In this document: positions 28,824 to 38,413 of the stretch, piece after piece | How the letters are laid out: each line of letters starts with the position of its first letter | Numbering within the stretch: the stretch's first letter is position 1 | Assembly: GCA_027021705.1 (NCBI GenBank) | Contig: JALUTT010000176.1 | Coordinates: 13,247 to 77,246, forward strand | Reading direction: 5' to 3' | DNA length: 64,000 nucleotides | Source: Anaerolineae bacterium | GTDB lineage: Bacteria > Chloroflexota > Anaerolineae > S140-20 | Program-made: the position numbers and the translations under genes | The notes under the pieces: generated by a model | Seen by the model: only the letters and a program-made list of their open reading frames with translations | Told to the model about the DNA's origin: nothing | Databases searched by the model: none

Positions 28824-30622
28824 CGGGCGGTCTCCTGGGGGGCCGGCCGGTAGGCACCCACCAGCCGGCGATAAAGGCCCTCCTGGGCCAACAACGTCCC
28901 GTGGGTGCCCTCCTGGACCACACGCCCGTGGTGCAGCACCACGATGCGATGGGCGCGGACCACGGTGTTCAGGCGGTGGGCGATGACCAGGACGGTGCGG
29001 TGAGCCAACAGGCGCTCCAGGGCGGCCTGCACGGCGGCCTCCTGCTCGGGATCCAGACTGGCCGTGGGCTCATCCAGGATCAGCAGGGGAGCATTTTTGA
29101 GTAGGGCGCGGGCCAGGGCCAACCGCTGCGCTTGCCCTCCGCTCAGGCGCACGCCTTGCTCGCCGAGGGGCGTCTTGTAACTCTGGGGAAGGGCGCGGAT
29201 GAAGGCATCGGCCCGGGCCAGGCGGGCAGCCTCCACCATCTCATCCCAGGAGACGTCAGGGCGGGCCAGGCGCAGGTTCTCCTCCACCGTGGCGTTGAAC
29301 AGGTAGGGACGCTGAGGAACCCAAGCCACCCAACGCCGCCACATCTGGGGAGGATAGTCGGAAAGCGGACGTCCATCCACCAGGATGCGCCCCGCCTGAG
29401 GAACGATGAAACGCAGCAGGAGGGCCGCCACGGTGCTCTTGCCCGCCCCGCTGGGGCCGACCAGGGCCGTGATCTGGTTCTCGGCGATGACCAACGAGAG
29501 GTCCTCCAGGGCCGGTGTCCTGGCCTCGGGATAGGTATAGGTAACCTGCTCCAGGACCAGGTGCATCCGGGGCGGGGAAAGGGATTCCCGGAGGCCGGCG
29601 ACGCGATGGGGAGACGGCGACGGGCGGGAGGGGACCTCCGTGGCCACTGCATCCCCCCGAGGGTGCGGAACGGGGAGGTCCAGGAGGGCGAAGAGGCGCT
29701 CGGCGGCGGCCACCCCACCCATCCCGGCGTGGAAGCGCGTCCCCAAGAGTCGGAAGGGCTGGTAGAATTCGGGAGCCAAGAGCAGGACGAGGAAAGCCTG
29801 GCTGAAGGTAAGGTGACCGTAGAGCAGGCGCAGGCCGATGCCCACAGCCACCACGGCGGTGCTCAGGGTGCCGGCCCACTCCAGCACCAGGGCGGAGAGG
29901 AAAGCGATGCGCAGGACCTGCAGGGTGGTCCGCCGGAAGCGATCGCTGACGGCCTCCACGCGCCGGACGTACTCCCGGCTGCGTCCCAGGACCTTGAGGG
30001 CGGTGAGGCCCTGGAGGGCATCGAGCAGAAAGGCGCTCATCCGGTTGAGTTGCTGCCACTGCGTTCGGGTCAGGGCATCGGCCAGGCTGCCGATGAGGTT
30101 CATAAAGAGGGGGATGACGGGGGCGGTGATCAGCAGGATGAGGCCCGAGATCCAGTCACGGGGGAAGACGACGATCAGGACGAGAAGGGGGACCAAGGCG
30201 GTGAGGACCACCTGGGGGAGGTAGCGGCGGAAGTAGGTTTCCAGCTCTTCCAGGCCCTCGGTCAGGGCGTTGGTGATCTCGCCGGTGCGCTCGCCCGAGA
30301 GATGGACCGGCCCCAGAGCGAGGAGGTGGTCCAGCAGGCGCCGGCGGAGAGTGCGCTTGATCTGCGCGGCGAAGTGGAAAGCGGCCACCTCGCAGCCCCA
30401 GGCAGCGGCGGCCCGCAGAAGCAAGACGGCCACCAGGGTCAGCAGGATGGGACGTACAGCGGTCAGGCCGGCCCCCTGGAGGAAGACGGCATCCAGGACG
30501 CTGGCGAGCAGCGCGGCTTGGAGGACGATGAGCCCCCCACCCAGCAAGCCCAGGGCAACGGTGAGGGCCAGCCAGGCGATCGGCCGGCGGGCCAGGCTCA
30601 GGAGGCGACGGTTGAGGTTCAT
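28820..30622 (-). CDS. cydD: ABC exporter CydD
   Basis: YFRRYLPQ, LRIAFLSALVLE, LLLAPEFYQP...FHAG, ABC motifs. Confidence 0.93.
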   Translation of the reverse strand: MNLNRRLLSLARRPIAWLALTVALGLLGGGLIVLQAALLASVLDAVFLQGAGLTAVRPILLTLVAVLLLRAAAAWGCEVAAFHFAAQIKRTLRRRLLDHLLALGPVHLSGERTGEITNALTEGLEELETYFRRYLPQVVLTALVPLLVLIVVFPRDWISGLILLITAPVIPLFMNLIGSLADALTRTQWQQLNRMSAFLLDALQGLTALKVLGRSREYVRRVEAVSDRFRRTTLQVLRIAFLSALVLEWAGTLSTAVVAVGIGLRLLYGHLTFSQAFLVLLLAPEFYQPFRLLGTRFHAGMGGVAAAERLFALLDLPVPHPRGDAVATEVPSRPSPSPHRVAGLRESLSPPRMHLVLEQVTYTYPEARTPALEDLSLVIAENQITALVGPSGAGKSTVAALLLRFIVPQAGRILVDGRPLSDYPPQMWRRWVAWVPQRPYLFNATVEENLRLARPDVSWDEMVEAARLARADAFIRALPQSYKTPLGEQGVRLSGGQAQRLALARALLKNAPLLILDEPTASLDPEQEAAVQAALERLLAHRTVLVIAHRLNTVVRAHRIVVLHHGRVVQEGTHGTLLAQEGLYRRLVGAYRPAPQETAR

Positions 30623-30649
30623 AAGTGCACCGGAGGGAGAGGGGCCCAA

Positions 30650-30720
30650 AGGGCCTCACCCCTCCTCGGAGGGGAGAGCGCGGCGGTGGCCCAGGAGGGG
30701 TGAGGGAGGCGAAAGGCCCT
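30650..30720. repeat. Intergenic REP-like hairpin between cydB and cydD
   Basis: CCTCACCCCTCCT (30654-30666) / AGGAGGGGTGAGG (30693-30705), perfect inverted repeat. Confidence 0.65.
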
Positions 30721-30728
30721 ACGAGCGC

Positions 30729-31745
30729 TCAGTAGACCATCTCCTCCGGCCTGTCGGCCCGGATGCGGTGGCGGAAGGTGTAGTACGTCCAGCCCTGGTA
30801 GAGCAATACGATCGGCAGGAGGATCAGGGTGATGATGAGCATCACCCTGAGGGTGTACGGACTGGAAGCGGCGTTGTAGATGGTCAGGCTCCAGTCAGGG
30901 TTCAGGCTGGAGACGATGAGGCGCGGATAGAGAGCCACGAAGAGGGTGGCGGTGATGAAGACCACGCTCAAGGCCACCAGGACGAAGCCCTTGCCGTGGT
31001 CGCGCCGGCGGATGAAATAGCCGCTGCTCAGCAGGCTCAGGACGCCCAGCACCGGGATGACGCCGGGATTGACGCCCACGTGCTGGACGAAGTCGGTTTC
31101 AAAGTAGCTGTAAACGATGAAGAGGAAGAAGAGGCCGGTGGTCCAGGGCCAGAGGCGTTCGGCGAAACGGCAGGCCCGTTCCCGCAGGCTTCCTTCCAGC
31201 TTCATGCCCAGGAAGAGGGCCCCGTGGAGCAGGAACGCCACGACCATATTGATGCCACCCAGCAGGGCGTAGGGATTGAGCAGGTCGAAGAGGGTGCCCA
31301 CGTAGTGCATATCCCGATCAACAGGCACCCCTCGGATGAGGTTGCTGAGGGCGACGCCCCACAGGAGGGCAGGCACCAGGCTGCCGACGAAGATGGCCCA
31401 GTCCCAGGCATTGCGCCAGCGGGGGTTCTCCTCCTTGCTGCGAAACTCGAAGCCCAGGCCGCGCACGATGAGGGCACCCAGCAGGAGCACCAGCGCCAGG
31501 TAGAAGCCGCTGAACAGGGTGGCGTAGACGTGGGGAAAGGCGGCGAACATCGCCCCGCCGGCGGTGATCATCCAGACCTCGTTGGCATCCCACACAGGAC
31601 CGATGGTGTTGATGATGGCACGACGCTCGTGGTCCTCTCGGGTCAGGATGCGCAGCAGCATCCCGACGCCGTAGTCGAAGCCCTCCAAGAACAGAAAGCC
31701 GATGAACAACACGGCGATCAAGATGAACCACAGGGTGTTCAACAT
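30729..31745 (-). CDS. cydB: Cytochrome bd ubiquinol oxidase subunit II
   Basis: LEGFDYGVG, IGPVWDANEVW, FEFRSK. Confidence 0.96.
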   Translation of the reverse strand: MLNTLWFILIAVLFIGFLFLEGFDYGVGMLLRILTREDHERRAIINTIGPVWDANEVWMITAGGAMFAAFPHVYATLFSGFYLALVLLLGALIVRGLGFEFRSKEENPRWRNAWDWAIFVGSLVPALLWGVALSNLIRGVPVDRDMHYVGTLFDLLNPYALLGGINMVVAFLLHGALFLGMKLEGSLRERACRFAERLWPWTTGLFFLFIVYSYFETDFVQHVGVNPGVIPVLGVLSLLSSGYFIRRRDHGKGFVLVALSVVFITATLFVALYPRLIVSSLNPDWSLTIYNAASSPYTLRVMLIITLILLPIVLLYQGWTYYTFRHRIRADRPEEMVY

Positions 31746-31768
31746 CACGCCCTCCTCGGATGAGTCCG

Positions 31769-33130
31769 CTAGCTTGCCCCAACGGATTGCGGCGAGGCGA
31801 CGGCCGACCGCAGGTGCTTGCCGATCAGGTAGACGCCGGCGTACATCCCGAGGATGTACAACACCAGGAGGAAGATCAGGGAAAAGGCGATCTCGCCGGC
31901 CGAGACGGTGGGGGAGACCGCATCTTCCACCCGCTGCAGGCCGAAGACGATCCACGGCTGCCGCCCCACCTCGGTCAGGATCCAGCCTGTGGTGGAAGCC
32001 AGGTAAGGCAGGGCGGTGGCCCACACCAGCCCCTTGAGCAAGCGCGGGCTGTCGGCGAAGCGCTCCCGGGCGACCAGATAGACCGCCCAGGCGGCCAGCG
32101 CCAGCATCAGGAAACCGGCCCCCACCATAAGGCGGAAGCTCCAATAGGTGACGTTGATGGGCGGGACGTAGTTGCCAGGGCCATACCGGGCTTCGTAGGC
32201 GGCCTGCAGCTCCTGGATCCCTTTCACCTCACCGGAAGGGCGGTTGTAGGCCAGGATGCTCAACAGGTAGGGAATGCGCAACGAGATCAGCTCTCGCCCG
32301 GTGGCCTCGTCGGTGATGGTGAGGATGGAGAAAGAGGCGGGGTTTTCGGAACGCTGCAAAGCCTCGGCCGCAGCCATCTTCATCGGCTGGACGGCGACGA
32401 TGTGCTGGGCCTGAGTATGGCCGACCAGCACGATCAGGAGGGTTCCCAGAAGGGCGTACACGGCTGCGACGCGGAAGGAGCGCATCACCATCGCATCCCG
32501 GCGACCGCGCAACAGGAGATAGGCGCTCAGGCCCAGGATCACGAAACCCGCCGTGGCGATGCCGGCGGCGAGCACATGGGGGAATTGCACCCACACGTTG
32601 GGATTGGTGATGAGGGCGAAGAAGTCCACCATCTCGGCGCGACCGTTGCGGATGACGTACCCCACCGGCTCCTGCATAAAGGAATTGGCGATGAGGATCC
32701 ACAGGGCCGAGATGTTGGACCCCAGGGCGATGAGCCACATCGTAGCGGCGTGCAGCTTGGGGGAGAGCTTCTCCCAGCCGAAGACCCACACACCGATGAA
32801 GGTGGACTCTAGATAGAAGGCCAGCAGGGCCTCAATGGCCAGGGGCGCGCCAAAGATGTCGCCCATAAAGCGGGAGTATTCCGACCAGTTCATGCCGAAC
32901 TGGAACTCCTGGACAATGCCGGAGACCACGCCCAGGGCAAAGTTGATCAGAAAAACCTTGCCCCAAAACTTCACCATATCCTTGTACACCTCGTCCTGGG
33001 TGCGGACGTAGAGGGTCTCCAGGATTGCCAGCAGGATGGTGATCCCCAACGTCAGGGGGACGAAGAAGAAGTGGATGATGGTGAGGACGGCGAACTGCCA
33101 ACGGGCTAAGGCCAGGGCCAACGTGTCCAT
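31769..33130 (-). CDS. cydA: Cytochrome bd ubiquinol oxidase subunit I (short Q-loop)
   Basis: LARWQFA...HFFFVPLT, EFQFGMNW, QPMKMAAAE, EVGRQPW. Confidence 0.97.
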   Translation of the reverse strand: MDTLALALARWQFAVLTIIHFFFVPLTLGITILLAILETLYVRTQDEVYKDMVKFWGKVFLINFALGVVSGIVQEFQFGMNWSEYSRFMGDIFGAPLAIEALLAFYLESTFIGVWVFGWEKLSPKLHAATMWLIALGSNISALWILIANSFMQEPVGYVIRNGRAEMVDFFALITNPNVWVQFPHVLAAGIATAGFVILGLSAYLLLRGRRDAMVMRSFRVAAVYALLGTLLIVLVGHTQAQHIVAVQPMKMAAAEALQRSENPASFSILTITDEATGRELISLRIPYLLSILAYNRPSGEVKGIQELQAAYEARYGPGNYVPPINVTYWSFRLMVGAGFLMLALAAWAVYLVARERFADSPRLLKGLVWATALPYLASTTGWILTEVGRQPWIVFGLQRVEDAVSPTVSAGEIAFSLIFLLVLYILGMYAGVYLIGKHLRSAVASPQSVGAS

Positions 33131-33402
33131 TGGGACACCTCCTCTGCTTGAAAAGCGAACAGCCGGAGAGGGGGGTGAGATGGCTCAGGTGGATGGCAAG
33201 TGTAACCAATGGGACCCCAGCGGCAAGTGTTAAGCATCACCTTTTCCCCCTGACAGATGTCACCTCTTCTCCTGTTAGGCACTGCCAGTGGGCCTGGGAA
33301 AAGCCTTGTCAGAAGCGAGGAGCGTGGAACCGGCCATCCGCCGCAGTCCATTTCCCCCTTGCGATCCGGGAGGCTTCGCAGGTGGTCCCCGGAGGGCGGG
33401 CC

Positions 33403-33431
33403 TTGACGCTCTTCGGTTCCTCGCTTATAAT
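33403..33431 (+). promoter_or_regulatory. sigma70-type promoter
   Basis: TTGACG-17 bp-TATAAT. Confidence 0.7.
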
Positions 33432-33472
33432 GGGCGCGTCATAGCTGCTCTCTCAGGCGGGTCCGCAAGACG

Positions 33473-34390
33473 ATGAAACTCCACCTGATCCGTCCCAACG
33501 CCTACCACCTCCGGGGCGGCTCCAACGCCGGCCTCCTCGTCCACGGCAAAGAGGCCCTGGTGATTGACGCCGGCCTGGATGACGATGCAGGCCGGCGCAT
33601 CCTCCGCTTGGCGGAGGGGCTGGGGGTCTCGATCACAGCCATCCTCATCACCCACGCCCACGCCGACCACTTCGGCGGCGGGGCCTTCCTGCGCCGGCGA
33701 ACCGGCGCGCCCGTCTACGCACCGGCGGTGGAGGCCGGCATCGTCGCCCATCCGCTGCTGGAGCCCCTCTTCCTCTTCGGCGGGGCGATGCCCATCGCCG
33801 AACTGCGGGGGCGGTTCACCCTGGCCCGACGCGCCTGCCCGGTGGATCACCCGCTGGAGCCCGGCACCCTCTCCATCGGCCCGTTCACCGTCGAGGTCGT
33901 CCCCCTGCCCGGCCACGCTCCAAATCAGGTCGGCATCGCCTGGGAAGATGTCCTCTTCTGCGCCGACGCCTTCTTCCCCACCAAAGTGCTACAAAAGCAT
34001 CCCATCCCCTTCTGCGCCGACGTGGGACCGGCACTGGAAACGCTCGCCCGCCTGCCCGCGATGCCCTATGCTTTCTTCGCCCCCGGCCACGGCGATGTCC
34101 TGACCCCGGAGACCCTGCCCGCCGTCATCGAGGCCAACCGGCAACGGCTCCAGGCCATCCTCCGGGTCGTTCAGGAGACCTTGGACGAACCCCGGGAGAC
34201 GGCGGTCCTGCTGAAGGCGGTGGCCGACCACCTGGGAGCCGAGCACCGCGCCCCCTGGCAGCACTACCTGGCCCAGACCACCGTTTTGGCCGCCCTGGCC
34301 TATCTGCGGGAGCAGGGTCTGGTGGATGTGGAGATGCGGGAGAACCGGCTGCTGTGGACTCGGAAACCCGAGCCTTTCGAGAACCGATAA
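33473..34390 (+). CDS. MBL-fold metallo-hydrolase with C-terminal wHTH-like tail
   Basis: THAHADHFGG, PGH motifs. Confidence 0.9.
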   Translation: MKLHLIRPNAYHLRGGSNAGLLVHGKEALVIDAGLDDDAGRRILRLAEGLGVSITAILITHAHADHFGGGAFLRRRTGAPVYAPAVEAGIVAHPLLEPLFLFGGAMPIAELRGRFTLARRACPVDHPLEPGTLSIGPFTVEVVPLPGHAPNQVGIAWEDVLFCADAFFPTKVLQKHPIPFCADVGPALETLARLPAMPYAFFAPGHGDVLTPETLPAVIEANRQRLQAILRVVQETLDEPRETAVLLKAVADHLGAEHRAPWQHYLAQTTVLAALAYLREQGLVDVEMRENRLLWTRKPEPFENR

Positions 34391-34449
34391 CCCCTGGACA
34401 GCAGGTAACCGGTGATCACCCATATCTTTGGAGATAGGGAGACTGGCCG

Positions 34450-34520
34450 TCCACGAATGGGGCACGAATACACGAATTAAGGACCGCCTCATTCGTGCAT
34501 TTGTGAGAAATTCGTGGACG
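34450..34520. repeat. CACGAAT-based imperfect palindrome (REP-like)
   Basis: CCACGAAT..CACGAATACACGAAT / ATTCGTGCATTTGTG..ATTCGTGG. Confidence 0.6.
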
Positions 34521-34577
34521 GCCTGCTACGGACCACTCTCTCGCTCACTTGTAGGTAATCATCGCAGCAGGTAAGCC

Positions 34578-34606
34578 TTGACTTTCTCAGGTGTTAGCGT
34601 TATACT
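34578..34606 (+). promoter_or_regulatory. sigma70-type promoter of the ABC locus
   Basis: TTGACT-17 bp-TATACT, about 265 nt upstream of the start codon. Confidence 0.7.
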
Positions 34607-34703
34607 CTTTAGCGTCCCCAACGATCTTCTGATCTTTTGCCCGAACGTCCCAGACCTGCCGCAAACCGATCCTGCGACCGAATGAATGAAAGGAGGTGGT
34701 GCG

Positions 34704-34809
34704 CTCCGGAGAGGTTCTGCCTGGTTCGTCAGAGCGCCAACGGACCATATCGGGCGGAAGGGCTGGGTTTCCAAGCCTGACCGCAATCCCGGCAGCCTCT
34801 ATCCGGGAC
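34704..34809 (+). ncRNA. Candidate structured cis-regulatory leader (partial glycine-riboswitch resemblance)
   Basis: Pairings CCGGAGAGG/CCTCTATCCGG, GTTCTG/CAGAGC, GCC/GGC, GGA/TCC, GCGG..GGGCT/AGCCT..CCGC. Confidence 0.35.
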
Positions 34810-34872
34810 CAACGATGAACGGTTCCCTTCCCCTCTAAGTCCTGCTCATAGAGTTCCGAAGGAGGAGAAAAG

Positions 34873-37212
34873 ATGAAAGCCATATCCAAACTCTACGCGC
34901 TGACCGCCCTGATCCTGGTGCTCAGCGTCGTGCTGACGGCTTGCGGTGGTGGGGCGACCCCCACGAAAGCCCCTCAACCGACCAAGCCGCCGGCGGAGAA
35001 ACCCACCAAAGCGCCGACCGAAGCACCAATGGAGAAGCCGACGGAGGCGCCGGCGAAGAGGGAGATCGGCAAGATCACCGTTGGTACCAACGCCGAGTAC
35101 CCGCCCTTCGAGTTCGTGGACGAGAGCGGCAACATCGTCGGCTTCGACATTGACCTGATGAAGGCCATTGCCGAGGCGGCGGGCTTCGAGGTCGAGTTCG
35201 TCAACACCCGCTGGGACGGCATCTTCGTCGCCCTGGCCTCCGGCGAATTCGACGCGGTCATCTCGGCGGCGACCATCACCGAGGAGCGCAAGCAGACCGT
35301 TGACTTCTCCGATCCCTACTTCAACGCCGGTCAGATCATCGCGGTCCGCGCCGACAACACCGACATCAAGGGACCGGAGGACCTGGACGGCAAGGTGGTC
35401 GGTGTGCAGCAGGGCACCACGGGCGACATCTGGGTCACCGAGAACACCAAGGCCGAGGTCAAGCGCTATGATGAGATCACCCTCGCCTTCCAGGCCCTGG
35501 CCAACGGCGATGTGGACGCCGTGGTCAACGATGCGCCCACCTCTGCCGACATCATCAAGGCCAACCCGGAGATGAACCTGAAGCTCGTGGGCGAGCCCTT
35601 CACCGAGGAACTCTACGGCATCGCCGTGCGCAAGGACTTCCCCGAGCTGCTGGAGGCCATCAACAAGGGATTGGCCGAGGTGAAGGCCAGCGGCAAGTAC
35701 GACGAGATCTACAACAAGTGGTTCGGCCTGCCGGAGGTGGAGGAGAAGCCGGCCGAGGCGATGGCCGAGACCATCATCATCGGCACCACCGACAAGGTGA
35801 CCGACCTTGACCCGGCCAACTCCTACGACTTCCACACCTGGGAGATCCATCACAACACGATGGACACCCTGCTCCACTACATCCCCGGCACCACCGACCT
35901 GGAGCCCGGCCTGGCCAAGGACTTCCCCGAGGTGAGCGACGACGGGCTGGAGTACACCTTCCGTCTCAAAGAAGGGCTCAAGTTCCCCGATGGCACCCCC
36001 TTCAACGCCGAAGCGGTGAAGTGGTCCATTGATCGGGTGATGGCCCTGGGCGGCGATCCCAACTGGCTGGTGACCAGCTTCGTGGACCGCGTCGAGGTGG
36101 TGGACGAGTACACCGTCAAGTTCGTCCTCAAGCAGCCGGTCAACTACTTCCCGCTGCTGGTGGCCACTCAGCCCTACGCCCCCGTCAGCCCCAACTGCTA
36201 TCCCGAGGACCGGTTCGACTCGGACAGCACCTGCGGCGGCATCGGCCCCTACCTCATCACCAAGTGGGAGCGGGACGTGGAGCTGGACCTGACGGCCAAC
36301 CCCGACTACCCCGGCCCGGCCCCCAAGACCAAGAACATCATCGTCAAGTACTTCGCCGATGCCACGACGATGCGGCTGGCGCTGGAGAACGGCGAGATTG
36401 ACATCGCCACCAAGACCCTCAACCCCACCGACTACGAGGACCTGCGCCAGAACCCCGACTTCCAGGTGATCGAAGGGCCTGGTGCGCAGATCCGCTACCT
36501 CTGCTTCAACCACACCATTGCGCCCTTCGACAACCCGCTGGTCCGCCAGGCCATCGCCTACGCGGTGGATCGGGACGCGGTGGCCAACAAGGCTTTCCTG
36601 GGCACCCACCAGCCGCTCTACTCGATGGTCCCGATGGGGATGTGGTCCCACATTGATGCCTTCCCCAAGCGCGACATCGAGAAGGCCAAGGAGTTGCTCC
36701 AGGAGGCCGGCTACAGCGCCGACAACCCGCTGGAGATTGACCTCTGGTGGACCCCCACCCACTACGGGGACACGGAGGCCGATGTGGCCGCCGTCATCAA
36801 GGAGGCCCTGGAGGAGACGGGGATGATCAAGGTCAACCTCCAGAGCGCCGAGTGGGCCACCTATGTGGACCAGTTCGGCTCGATGGGCTTCTACCTGCTG
36901 GGGTGGTACCCCGACTACCTGGATCCCGACAACTACACCACCCCCTTCGCCGACTCCGAGGCCTCTAAGGACATCGGCATCTTCTACGCCAGCGAGGAGA
37001 TGGATGCCTTGCTGAAGGCGGAGCAGGCGGCCACCGATCTGCGCGGTGCAGAGCGAGAGCAGATCTTCAAGGACATCCAGGAGCTGTGGGCCAAGGACAT
37101 CCCCACCATCCCGCTGACCCAGGGGACGCTCCTGGTCGCGGCTCAGAAGGACGTGAAGGGCATCGTCCTCGACACCAATATGCTCTTCCACTACTTCCTG
37201 GTCTACAAGTAG
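34873..37212 (+). CDS. Fused ABC substrate-binding lipoprotein: family 3 (polar amino acid) + family 5 (peptide/nickel)
   Basis: Lipobox LTAC; aa ~67-285 GTNAEYPPFE...TITEER...YNKWFG; aa ~300-779 DLDPA...YTFRLKEGLKFPDGTPFNAEAV...VRQAIAYAVDR. Confidence 0.93.
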   Translation: MKAISKLYALTALILVLSVVLTACGGGATPTKAPQPTKPPAEKPTKAPTEAPMEKPTEAPAKREIGKITVGTNAEYPPFEFVDESGNIVGFDIDLMKAIAEAAGFEVEFVNTRWDGIFVALASGEFDAVISAATITEERKQTVDFSDPYFNAGQIIAVRADNTDIKGPEDLDGKVVGVQQGTTGDIWVTENTKAEVKRYDEITLAFQALANGDVDAVVNDAPTSADIIKANPEMNLKLVGEPFTEELYGIAVRKDFPELLEAINKGLAEVKASGKYDEIYNKWFGLPEVEEKPAEAMAETIIIGTTDKVTDLDPANSYDFHTWEIHHNTMDTLLHYIPGTTDLEPGLAKDFPEVSDDGLEYTFRLKEGLKFPDGTPFNAEAVKWSIDRVMALGGDPNWLVTSFVDRVEVVDEYTVKFVLKQPVNYFPLLVATQPYAPVSPNCYPEDRFDSDSTCGGIGPYLITKWERDVELDLTANPDYPGPAPKTKNIIVKYFADATTMRLALENGEIDIATKTLNPTDYEDLRQNPDFQVIEGPGAQIRYLCFNHTIAPFDNPLVRQAIAYAVDRDAVANKAFLGTHQPLYSMVPMGMWSHIDAFPKRDIEKAKELLQEAGYSADNPLEIDLWWTPTHYGDTEADVAAVIKEALEETGMIKVNLQSAEWATYVDQFGSMGFYLLGWYPDYLDPDNYTTPFADSEASKDIGIFYASEEMDALLKAEQAATDLRGAEREQIFKDIQELWAKDIPTIPLTQGTLLVAAQKDVKGIVLDTNMLFHYFLVYK

Positions 37213-37258
37213 GCGAGCCCATTGCGCCCGTCTGGGTCGCTCTCATCGCAGTCAACCG

Positions 37259-37290
37259 CCAGGGGCGGGTCACCGGCCCGCCCCTGGTTT
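37259..37290 (+). terminator. Strong hairpin after the SBP gene (terminator or mRNA stabiliser)
   Basis: CCAGGGGCGGG-loop-CCCGCCCCTGG followed by TTT. Confidence 0.6.
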
Positions 37291-37295
37291 ATGCT

Positions 37296-37337
37296 CCCTC
37301 CCGCAGGTCACGCGGGTGGATGAGACCTGCGAGAGGG
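37296..37337. repeat. Minimal hairpin of the CCCTCCCGCAGG repeat family
   Basis: CCCTCCCGCAGGTC...GACCTGCGAGAGGG. Confidence 0.75.
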
Positions 37338-37350
37338 TTCCCGGAAGAGG

Positions 37351-38376
37351 ATGGCTATGCGATCCCTACGTGTCTACATCATCACCCGCATCCTGCTGAC
37401 CATCCCGATGCTCTTCATCCTGGTGACGCTGGTCTTCTTCATTATGCGGGTGCTCCCCGGCGACCCGGTGAAGGCCATCATCCGGCCCGGTGCACCCCAG
37501 GAGTACATTGACGAGATCCGTCACACATTGGGGCTGGACCGCCCCCTGCTGGTCCAGTACGTGGACTATCTGGGCGACCTGGTCCGCTTGGACCTGGGCA
37601 CGACCTTGGCCCCGGTCCGAGGGCGATCGGTGCTCCAGGATTTGAAGGACAAGTTCCCGGCCACGTTGGAGCTCTCCTTGGCCGCCATCCTCGTCGCCAG
37701 CCTCGTCGGGATCTTCACGGGGGTGCAGTCGGCCTACCACCGCCGTTCCACCCTCGACTACGGCCTTCGCCTCTACTCCATCGTCATCTACACCATACCC
37801 GTCTTCTGGCTGGGGCTGATGCTTCAGTTGATCTTCAGCGTGAAGCTGGGCTGGCTGCCCGTCTACGGGCGAGTGGACACGCTGGACATGGCCCCGCGCA
37901 CCATCACCGGCCTCTACGTGGTGGACAGCATCCTGACGCGGAACAAGGAGAGCCTGATCAACAGCCTCCAGCACCTGATCCTGCCGGCCCTCACCCTGGG
38001 ACTCTACCTGTCGGGGGTCTTCACCCGCCTCACCCGCTCCAACATGCTGGATGTGCTGCGCCAGGACTTCATCACCGCCGCCCGAGCCCGAGGCATCGCC
38101 GAGCGGGCCGTCATCTACCGCCACGCCCTCAAGAACGCCTTCATCCCGGTGCTGACGATGATGGGGCTCCAGTTCGCCCTGCTCCTGGCCGGGGCCGTGC
38201 TTACCGAGTCCACCTTCACCTGGCCGGGGTTGGGACGCCTCCTGGTGGAGCGGATCGAGTATCGGGACTTCCCGACCGTCCAGGGGGCCGTCGTCTTCTT
38301 CGCCCTCCTGGTCTCCCTGGTGAGCCTGATCGTGGACATCATCTACGCCTATCTGGACCCCCGCATCCGTTACTGA
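37351..38376 (+). CDS. dppB: Peptide ABC permease DppB/OppB
   Basis: PGDPV, LGLDRPL, PATLEL, TAARARG...HALKNA. Confidence 0.93.
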   Translation: MAMRSLRVYIITRILLTIPMLFILVTLVFFIMRVLPGDPVKAIIRPGAPQEYIDEIRHTLGLDRPLLVQYVDYLGDLVRLDLGTTLAPVRGRSVLQDLKDKFPATLELSLAAILVASLVGIFTGVQSAYHRRSTLDYGLRLYSIVIYTIPVFWLGLMLQLIFSVKLGWLPVYGRVDTLDMAPRTITGLYVVDSILTRNKESLINSLQHLILPALTLGLYLSGVFTRLTRSNMLDVLRQDFITAARARGIAERAVIYRHALKNAFIPVLTMMGLQFALLLAGAVLTESTFTWPGLGRLLVERIEYRDFPTVQGAVVFFALLVSLVSLIVDIIYAYLDPRIRY

Positions 38377-38413
38377 CCACAACACGCAACACGTAACACG
38401 CCACACGCCCCTT

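Noticed and set aside
34846..37191. 781-aa antisense ORF, and many similar long shadow ORFs (e.g. 174-1463, 54402-56480)
   Set aside because: Antisense mirrors of well-supported genes, expected at high GC3; no motifs
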